From Trichodesmium erythraeum IMS101 (GTDB lineage Bacteria > Cyanobacteriota > Cyanobacteriia > Cyanobacteriales > Microcoleaceae), in contig NC_008312.1 of NCBI RefSeq assembly GCF_000014265.1, forward strand, positions 1 through 32,000: a stretch of 32,000 nt of DNA. The letters are read 5' to 3'. The notes beneath the pieces were generated by a model. The model had not been told where the DNA came from. It worked only from the letters and a program-made list of their open reading frames with translations, and did no database searches. Made by a program: the position numbers and the translations under genes. Positions 17,126-25,440 of the stretch are shown here, piece after piece. Numbering within the stretch: position 1 is the first letter of the stretch; each line of letters opens with the position of its first letter.

Positions 17126-20100
17126 ATGAAGATTACAGACAACTTAGGATTTTTATTTGAAGTAGGATTTAATATTGGTATTCTTGCGGATATTCAACAT
17201 CAGAAGTATCAAAATAATTTTGGGGATTTGTATGTTCGGGATTTGCAGCAATTAAAATTGCCGAGGATGGTTAAACGAATGAGTCAAAATCATAGCATTA
17301 TTGACCCTGAAAGTATTAAAAATCTGGAAATATGGAGTCGATATTTTATATTAAAAGGATTTCTAGGGGGATTAATTTTTTTCCGCGAGTATATTAAGTC
17401 AACTAAATGGAATTTAGAACCCAAAAAACTAAAAATTTTGTATTACCAATGTTGCTTTCATGGAGATAATAGTTTAGGTACTAATAATAAAGATAAATTA
17501 TTAGGAATTGAGGAGTTATTATCTCAATTTTTATCTGTTGATGACTTGAATACTAATTTAAATAGATACGTTAATCAATATTTGGGAAAGAAAGGAGAAT
17601 TTTTACAAGCAGATACATTAATTTTGTTGGGTGATGACCAACAGTTGAGAATTATCTGTGTAGATATGTCTATATTTTCAGTCGCTTCCGAAAAAGATTT
17701 GGTACCACTGAATGATAATAAGTTAAACAATTTACGTAAAATTTTGATGACGGATATTAAACATATTCATTCTAAAAGTGTCTTTTCTAAATTGCGGATA
17801 GATACAGGTAATACTAAGGATTTTGATTTTGTGTTTTCCTCAGATTTTAAAAGCTTTTTTACTGCTTTTAAGCGGAAGGATAAGGAAACTACTAAGTTAA
17901 TTCAAGCAGGTGCTTATGCTGAAAGTTTTTACAATTTTCTGCTAAAGGAAACACAAATAATTACAGATAAAAAATCTGTTCTGTTTAATATTGTGGGATA
18001 TAGCGATCGCAACATTAGTACTTTATGTTTACGCCCAGAAAATCTCAATATTTTAACTACTTGTTCCGAAATATATAAGAAGGAAGATAAAAACAAAGAA
18101 ACTAAAGTCGCTCGTCGCAAAGTATTAGATTTGATTAAGAACAGAGCTGTTTTTAGTTTTATTAATGGCAAAGCTCTTACTGAAAATTTAAAGACAAAAA
18201 AGTTAAACTTTTCAGGGGATGGTATTGCTCGGGTTATTCATGAAGAAAAGTTGAATGATTTTGTTAATTCTATAGATGTTATCTCTGATAAATTAGCAGC
18301 AAAATTGGGTTTAAAGTTAGGGTTAAACTTAAGAGATGCTCATGCTGAATTAATTGAAAAAGCCCTAATTAGTGATAATACTTTTGTCTTTTTGACAGGT
18401 AACCCAGGTATAGGTAAAACAACAGCTATTGCTAATTTTTTAAAGTCTCATTTAGAGGAAGGTTTTCTCTTTTTTTATATTAGCCCTCGGATTCAAGTTA
18501 ATCTCGATCTAATCCATAAGTTTAAATCTGAAAATGCTCAAGATCAGGAGCTTTTTGACGACAGATTATTTTGTATCAACACCAATTCAATTATAATTCA
18601 AGAAAATGATAACTATTCCACGGTTAGATATTATTCTAATCAACGTCAAGATGATTTTACTTCTAAAAATGTCCGGTTTATTAATTACAATTCACAAGCT
18701 GAACCTAGAAAGCAACGTCAAAGAAATTTTCATAGAATTACCGTAGATAAAATTGAAAATAGAAAAAAAATAACTGCTGGAGTTCTTGATAGTGTCTGTA
18801 AGGGAATATATGCTATTATTAATGACAAAATATCTAATAATATTGTTGCTACGGTTTCAACTCAATCTTTAAAAATTACTCCGAATGGTAGAGATACTAT
18901 TGAACATCTTAAGACAATATTCAAAAGTACTTATGACAGAAAAAGAGGTGTAAATCCTGATAAAATGTACGAAATTTCTCAGAGGATAAAGCACTTATTT
19001 ATAATGATTGATGAAATTACTGGTGATGATAGTGGAGTTCATTTTTTAAAGGGAATTAATAAGTTTTTGGGGCAGTATCAATTAACTAATTCAGAATATG
19101 GTTTTAATACTAAAGTTATTGTAGCTGATGCTTCTATTGTGGAACAAGAAGTTATTCAACAGCACTTATCACAAGAGTCCCCAGAACCAGATAAAATTTA
19201 TTTTAGAGCAGCGAAAAGTCAAGCAGAAGCACTTTCAGTACAGGATTTTCAATTTAAAAATAAACGAGCTGTAACTATTAATGCTAATTCTTACCCAGCT
19301 AGTAGTTTAAATATTACTTATAAAGTCTTCATTCAATCCATTAACTTTAATCAATATGACTGGAAATTTAAAGAAAAAAACCAGTTGACGAAAGAAGTCG
19401 ATTTAGAAATTTTATCAGATATAAAATACTTCTTAGAAAATTATAGTTCTAGTCAGTTATTAGTCTATATTCAAAACAAAAAACGTTTAAAGAGTTTGAT
19501 AAAAAATATTAAGGAGTCACATAAAAATTTTGATGAATATACAGACTATCTGGAAATACATGCTAGTTTATATGATGAAAAAAGAAAAAAAATAGATAAG
19601 TATAAGCAAGATGTAAAAATCGTGTTTATGACATCTTCAGCAAGTCGAGGTTTATCTTTCCCTAAAGCTAAAAAAATCTTAGTTGAAATACCTCGTTTCC
19701 AGATCGAAAAAAATCTTATGGAAGTAATTCAAGTAATTTATAGAGCTAGAGGTCAGTATCAAGAAAATGGAAAAAAAATAACTTTAGATGATCAAGAAAA
19801 AGAAATAATATTTTATTTTAGTGATTCCGCAATTTATTATCCTAAAGATAATGATACTTCCCTGGAAAATTACGATGAAGAGAGAACCCTTTCTTTGGAA
19901 GAAAGTACAATGAATTTATTAGATATGTTATTAATTCTCAAACTTTCAATAATGACTAGGATAGTCGGTGCTGGTAATTTGGGAAGTAAAAAATTTCTGA
20001 TGGTTCCTATTGGTGGAAAATCTATTTCAACAGCAGGAAATAGCTTTTCAGAAAAGATGACTAACCTAATTCGAGAGTTAAAAAATGAACATAACCGACA

Positions 20101-20872
20101 TCCAGAAAAACAAAGTCTTCAGTATGTGTATTCTAGTCTGACACAAATTCTTAAGGAGGCAGTATTTTCTTTGCCTAATTCTAATTCTGATTCTAAAAAT
20201 ATTACTTATCTTTCCCTAATAGGTTTTTTAAAGACTGAACTTCCAACATTATTTAACCGACTCGATAAATTCTTAAATTTTGGTAATATCGAAACTGGTC
20301 ATTTGACTGGTAATTTATTGGTAGTACCTATTTATAACCAAGCATTAGAAGAGACTTATCAAATAGAATTAGAAAATCAAATTAGAAGGTTTGCTAATAA
20401 TGAATTAGTTAATAAAATGTTGTCAATTATGAAAAGTAAAGATTATCCACCTAATATTAAATCTGCAATTGAAAGTCCTTTAGAGTTAATCAAAATTCTT
20501 AAGGGTGACAAGGGTAATATTAATACAACTCAATGGTTTGAACAAAATAGTAATAATTTAGACCAGTATTATGCTGTGCCTTTGTTTGTATTTATCAGTG
20601 GAGAATTAATGAGTAAATATTTTAAGCAGGAACTTGAAGAAGAAGAAGAAGAAACGGCATTTAGAACTCTCTTATCCAAATATATTCACTCCCTTTATCC
20701 CGCATATAATACTCTACCTATTGGTCGGAAATATAAGGAGTTTCCTTTTATTGTTTTTCGCAGCTATAGTTTAAAGGAAATACGAGAAAAAATTTATAGC
20801 GATCGCTATCTTTTAACTTCTAATGAGTTGAATGTTCTTAACTTAATTCTTTCCCGAGAGGAAAGATCATGA
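17126..20872 (+). CDS. Large SF2-helicase-like P-loop NTPase (1248 aa) with unassigned N- and C-terminal regions
   Basis: The motifs occur in helicase order:
- I: FLTGNPGIGKTT (nt 18398-18424)
- Ia: YISPRIQV
- II: IMIDEITGDD (DE at 19010-19015)
- III-like: VIVADAS
- IV-like: QLLVYIQNKKRLKSL
- V: TSSASRGLSF (19631-19660)
- VI: QVIYRARG (19730-19753)

About 420 aa precede this core and about 370 aa follow it, and I can assign neither region. The C-terminal region contains no cysteine and has an acidic run, ELEEEEEET. Confidence 0.88.
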   Translation: MKITDNLGFLFEVGFNIGILADIQHQKYQNNFGDLYVRDLQQLKLPRMVKRMSQNHSIIDPESIKNLEIWSRYFILKGFLGGLIFFREYIKSTKWNLEPKKLKILYYQCCFHGDNSLGTNNKDKLLGIEELLSQFLSVDDLNTNLNRYVNQYLGKKGEFLQADTLILLGDDQQLRIICVDMSIFSVASEKDLVPLNDNKLNNLRKILMTDIKHIHSKSVFSKLRIDTGNTKDFDFVFSSDFKSFFTAFKRKDKETTKLIQAGAYAESFYNFLLKETQIITDKKSVLFNIVGYSDRNISTLCLRPENLNILTTCSEIYKKEDKNKETKVARRKVLDLIKNRAVFSFINGKALTENLKTKKLNFSGDGIARVIHEEKLNDFVNSIDVISDKLAAKLGLKLGLNLRDAHAELIEKALISDNTFVFLTGNPGIGKTTAIANFLKSHLEEGFLFFYISPRIQVNLDLIHKFKSENAQDQELFDDRLFCINTNSIIIQENDNYSTVRYYSNQRQDDFTSKNVRFINYNSQAEPRKQRQRNFHRITVDKIENRKKITAGVLDSVCKGIYAIINDKISNNIVATVSTQSLKITPNGRDTIEHLKTIFKSTYDRKRGVNPDKMYEISQRIKHLFIMIDEITGDDSGVHFLKGINKFLGQYQLTNSEYGFNTKVIVADASIVEQEVIQQHLSQESPEPDKIYFRAAKSQAEALSVQDFQFKNKRAVTINANSYPASSLNITYKVFIQSINFNQYDWKFKEKNQLTKEVDLEILSDIKYFLENYSSSQLLVYIQNKKRLKSLIKNIKESHKNFDEYTDYLEIHASLYDEKRKKIDKYKQDVKIVFMTSSASRGLSFPKAKKILVEIPRFQIEKNLMEVIQVIYRARGQYQENGKKITLDDQEKEIIFYFSDSAIYYPKDNDTSLENYDEERTLSLEESTMNLLDMLLILKLSIMTRIVGAGNLGSKKFLMVPIGGKSISTAGNSFSEKMTNLIRELKNEHNRHPEKQSLQYVYSSLTQILKEAVFSLPNSNSDSKNITYLSLIGFLKTELPTLFNRLDKFLNFGNIETGHLTGNLLVVPIYNQALEETYQIELENQIRRFANNELVNKMLSIMKSKDYPPNIKSAIESPLELIKILKGDKGNINTTQWFEQNSNNLDQYYAVPLFVFISGELMSKYFKQELEEEEEETAFRTLLSKYIHSLYPAYNTLPIGRKYKEFPFIVFRSYSLKEIREKIYSDRYLLTSNELNVLNLILSREERS

Positions 20873-21245
20873 TACTAAACAATTAACAAAATTAATACTA
20901 TATTTACGCGACGCTTCAATTATTAATTAACCCTCGCTGAAAAAATCTTTTATTCAGTTAATAGAAAAGGGAACAGTCACTATTACAATGGATGTAGTTG
21001 TTAATTTTTCGACATTAAAATACCTAAAAAAAAGCTAAAAAATTAAGGATTAAAAACTCAGTAAAAATCCTAGAATTCAAAGCTAGCTGCTGAAATAAAT
21101 TTAAAAGTATGACAAATGTTGCTAAAAACCACATAAATTATGTCTACTTTTAATTTTATATTATAGGAGTAGACTGACAAATAATCTTTCTGCTTTAAAC
21201 ATAAAGAAAAAAATCAAAACCTGCTCCTACAAAAAAATAACTATC

Positions 21246-22436
21246 CTAAACTTTTGCCACTTCAGCAAATCTAATTTTCAAATAATCATCCTCCATTTTT
21301 GCCCCCACAGGTTGCAATGATGCTAAAGCTTGAGGTAAAACTAAATTCCGACGATGATTACCAATTCTAATATTCAACTCATCTCCAGTTTTATTCAATT
21401 GAATTTTCTCTTTAGGAATTCCTGGCAAATATAATTCCAAATTATAATTACCCTTTTCTTGCACTACCTTAACAGTATTTTCCTTATAATAAACCTGACT
21501 GGGATCTTCATCTCCATAAAGAGTTTCTTTCAACCTCTTCAAAGCAGCTAAACCACACATTTCTTCAGAATAAAGAGGTACTTCCTTCACAGGTAAAGGT
21601 CTAAAATTATCGTGAATTTCTTGCCGATATTGCTGTTGATTTTCCTTCCACTTTTTAAAGAAAGGGTCACTTACAGAATCAGGAATAATTCGATTTGCTA
21701 CTACTAAATCTGTCGAAACATTGTATAAACTTAAATAAGCATGAGCGCGTAAAGACTCCTTAATTACCATTTTTTCAGGATTAGTAATTAAACGCACAGA
21801 AGTCTTAGTATTATCAGTTAAAACCTTTTCTAAAGCCTCAATTTGCTCATAAAATTCATAAGGAGCATCCATAACTTCTTTATCTGGCAAAGAAAAACCA
21901 GTAATAGGTTTAAAAATAGGCTCAAAAAGAGGTCTCAATGCTACCGACATTCCCTGCAAAGGTTTATAAAACTTTCTCATATACCAACCCCCCACTTCTG
22001 GTAAACTCAAAAGTCGCAAAGCAGTACCAGTTGGAGCAGAATCAATAATTAAAACATCGTATTCCCCCTCGTCATAGTGACGCTTCATCCGCACCAGGCC
22101 AAAAATTTCATCCATTCCTGGCAAAATTGCTAACTCTTCAGCTTGTACACCATCCAAACCGCGTGCCTGCAAAACTTGAGTAATGTAACGTTTTACAGCT
22201 CCCCAGTTTCCCTCTAGTTCCATCAAAGCATCCAACTCAGCACCCCAAAGGTTTTCCTTCACTTTTCGAGGTTCATGGCTCATTTCCATATCAAAGCTAT
22301 CTGCTAGGGAGTGAGCTGGGTCAGTGCTGAGAACCAGAGTTTTATGGCCTAACTCTGCACAACGTAATCCTGTTGAGGCGGCCACTGATGTTTTGCCAAC
22401 ACCACCTTTTCCCGTCATTAATATTACACGCATCAA
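21246..22436 (-). CDS. ArsA/GET3-family ATPase with C-terminal HSP20-like domain
   Basis: 396 aa. Deviant Walker [12 protein letters not shown], the STDPAHSL signature, IIDSAPTG, and a C-terminal beta-sandwich-like tail ([35 protein letters not shown]). Confidence 0.9.
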
Positions 22437-22679
22437 TTATTTAACCTTTTCTGAATGATGTTTACATATTTTAACTTTAGCGGGTTTTTTACTTTTTCAG
22501 TGTTGAGGAGATTTTACATACCAAAATTGTATTTTTTTGTCAATCAATATATCTACATTGTCGAAAATAAGCTGATAATTATTTACCGAAGAATAGATCT
22601 TAATTATATTAATTATTGTCAATATGTGAAGCCTCAAACCACCCAATACCAGAGCTGCTTAGTATTAATCATCGCGCCT

Positions 22680-23072
22680 TTACACAGGGAAGGATCTTAG
22701 TTGAAAAAGCTGTTTTAAAACGTCCAGTCGAGAGATATCCCAATAGTCAATATGACTGTTAATTAGTCCATCTGCATTCAGTTTTAATTCACTCCATCCT
22801 GGAATTGCCATTGGAGGTTTCCAGGGGACAGGGGCGGTCCAGCTAAGTGTCCAACGAGTTTTAATCACATTTCCTGACTGACTAATATCGTGCAAGTCAA
22901 GTTTAATATCATTAAACCAATTGTTCATAAAACCGATCATTTTTTGATAACGCTCTATGCCTCGAAATTTATTTAGTGGATCTTCAAAGTAAACATTTTC
23001 TGCGTAAATACTATAAGTTTGGTCAGCAGGAAATTTTTGATAATCTTGTTTAAGTCTTGAAATAATATCCAT
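22680..23072 (-). CDS. Small NTF2/SnoaL-like protein, DUF2358-like
   Basis: 130 aa. The pattern YAENVYFEDPLNKFRGIERYQ...RWTLSWTAPVPWKPPMAIPGWSEL...IDYWD matches my memory of the cyanobacterial/plant DUF2358 family. Not verified by HMM. Confidence 0.7.
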   Translation of the reverse strand: MDIISRLKQDYQKFPADQTYSIYAENVYFEDPLNKFRGIERYQKMIGFMNNWFNDIKLDLHDISQSGNVIKTRWTLSWTAPVPWKPPMAIPGWSELKLNADGLINSHIDYWDISRLDVLKQLFQLRSFPV

Positions 23073-23720
23073 TTTGTTTCTTACCTTCTCTTTTTCTTCC
23101 TTGTTAAATTAAAAAATTATTGAGTATTTTCTTTAAGTAGTTATGCAAAATTAATTACACATACCTGCTTATGTTTAACAGCCTAAACGTTTAAAAATAA
23201 TAGTCAAGAAATAATGGTAATTAATTTTCCCTAGGTACTTAGTAGGTAACCATTCAGGTGCCTTCAGTGTAATCACACCATTGATTACCAGAAGCGAAAT
23301 TATCGAATATTGTTTTTCTTGACAAAAAGAATAAACTAGGGTAAGATTATAGAGTTATTCAATCATAGATCCGATTAAATTTCTGAATGTCGTAAACCAT
23401 TGTCAAAAACTGAACTGGTTAAAACGCTATTGACTTAACAGAAAGTTATAGATAAACTTTAGGAACTCTCTTGAGAAATTACAACAGACTTAAAACTTAG
23501 ATAGTAAGATATTCTCCAAGCCTCCATAAACTGATATACTGAAAAAGTCCGAGGATGCTTTAGCAAAAGAGGAACCTCCAAATGATAAGAAAAAGAGACT
23601 ACCAGGAGGAAAAAATTTTTTTTTACCTTTGGCGATCGCTCTTATTATTTGTTTTCTCAAACTCATTGTTTATTTCAAACCTTACTTTTTAGGAAAATCT
23701 TCATCATATAAAGCTTTATC

Positions 23721-24329
23721 TCAATTTTGAGCAGACTTAACTTGCTCAATAGTCAGAGCTTGAATGCTCCTAAAGTCAGCCTGCAAGAGGTCCATATTTT
23801 AGCAATTAACGTTTGGCATATAAGCTTTACTGAAATTAGCTTCATTGAGTTTAGCTCTCGAAAAATTTGTTCCATCTAAATTTGCATTTGATAAATCTGC
23901 TTTTGAAATATCAGCAACTTGAAATTGAGCTTTTGGTGCATGAGCAGAGTTGAATTTATCCTCTTCAAGATTAGGCTCTGATAAATTACTTCCATTGTCT
24001 CTTAGGATTTTTCGTAAGTTATAGTTGATTATAACTAAGCTAATATTTTCACTATTAAGGTAAGTTATTAATTCCCAGTTATCTTCTCCTAAATTAGTAT
24101 AATTTTTCACCCGAAGAGTATATGCTTTTAAGTTTTCTAGATTAATTAATTGAATAAAAATTTGCTCTAACTTTTTTCGCTTCTCATCATTTAACTGTTC
24201 ATATACCTCCTTTGCATGGTTAGCAATTGATTTTTTTACACCACCAATTTCTTCATAAATATTGTGAGTTAATTTAGCATTAGTTTGTTTGTTCCATAGT
24301 TGTGTTAAAGTCAATTCTAACAAAGGCAA
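23721..24329 (-). pseudogene. Remnant of a STAND-NTPase-associated region fused to pentapeptide repeats, with an in-frame TAA
   Basis: - The track ORF (TTG start preceded by a stop) begins mid-domain with PLLELTLTQLWNKQ...YEEIGGVKKSIANHAKEVYEQL...IFIQLINL. That text is typical of the region after the NTPase domain in cyanobacterial STAND (NACHT/AAA-WD40-type) proteins.
- It ends in pentapeptide repeats (ADISKADLSNANLDGTNFSRAKLNEANFSKA).
- After the TAA at 23799-23801 the same frame continues NMDLLQADFRSIQALTIEQVKSAQN-TGA. Confidence 0.6.
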
Positions 24330-25005
24330 ATTTTAAGCTTTATTATTAAGATTCCCATAAATTATCAAACTATTCAGCAATACTTGATTACTAGACGTAA
24401 GAAGCATTTATCCTTATCTATACAAACTTATACTACTATCATAATTATTTGAGCCCTTCTACCTCTTCAATCAGTTTTTCTATTACTTATTATTGTTGCT
24501 AAACCAGTTTCCCTAGAGCTTCTTTAAACATTCATTCTAGGTTTTTCGGTATTTTAAGATATCTGGTGGCTTAAATTTCATTTTTCTACTTTAATACAGA
24601 CCTTTACTTTTTTGTTAGCCTATTATTCTTTAATCATGCTTTCTCAAAAAATAGCTCTAACTCCTATTACTCCTGCCTCCTACCTTCATTTCGCCTATTT
24701 CTTTTACTCTCAAGCCGTAGCTCCGATGCAGGTTGACGTCTTAAAGACTAATGCACCCACCCCTAATAGAGGTGGGCAAGGCAGGGCGATCTGTCTATTT
24801 AAAATCTGGGAATACCCGAGGGCGACTTACAAAAAAAATTTATGGGTCTTTATTTGTGCTTTAGTGAAAAGAAGCTGCTCCGAAATCTGAAAGCTTCCCA
24901 AGTTAAATTCTCAACTTCGGAGAGTTTCGAGGAACCTCTTCTTTTCTACAGCATTTTATGAGATAAGGCACGTATAACAAACCCTACACATTAATTAATT
25001 GAAAG

Positions 25006-25024
25006 TCGCCCGATGGGCGGGCGA
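25006..25024 (-). terminator. GC-rich hairpin, possible terminator or RNA structure
   Basis: TCGCCCG-ATGGG-CGGGCGA: a perfect 7-bp stem with a 5-nt loop, in an otherwise AT-rich spacer. On the minus strand it is followed by CTTTCAATT, a weak U-tract. It lies about 420 nt downstream of the DUF4912 gene. Confidence 0.3.
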
Positions 25025-25440
25025 GGTAATAAAGCAAATTTTTCGGTAAATTTGGGTAAGAAAAAAGAGCATTTAGTCCTTTAATAATGATGACCAAACT
25101 TACAGAAACTTTTATGAGAAAGTCCCAATTACTTTTTTTAGTAATCAAACTTTCTACCCTATTAAAAGAGGCTTTTTCTCTTTTTTTGTACTTTTCTACT
25201 GGTCTTTGACATTTCCAGGAGTTGAAACATTCTGGTGTCTCTTGCAAATCAACCGAAAACAGGATTTATCCACATTTTGTTTAAGTCTGTCAACATATTT
25301 CTACTGATAATTTAAACAGCTGTCCAGACTTTAACTGGTAATTATTTAACTATAACTATTTAATTAATAGTAATGAGCAATAATACTCAATGTCATGATC
25401 GTTACCTTCTTGGGCTCTGAATAAATCAACTAATATATTT

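Noticed and set aside
17300-17900. A possible PD-(D/E)xK or HD nuclease motif in the N-terminal 420 aa of the helicase-like protein (for example FHGD, VDMS...SEKD)
   Set aside because: The spacing and residues do not match the canonical motifs (HGD is not HD, and there is no D/E-x-K). This cannot be supported without profile or structure comparison.
22455-22700. Short AT-rich ORFs 22455..22700, 28422..28637, 26833..27027 and 24612..24890
   Set aside because: They are low-complexity Phe/Ile/Asn/Tyr-rich translations of AT-rich spacers or antisense sequence. They have no motifs and overlap better-supported features or promoter regions.
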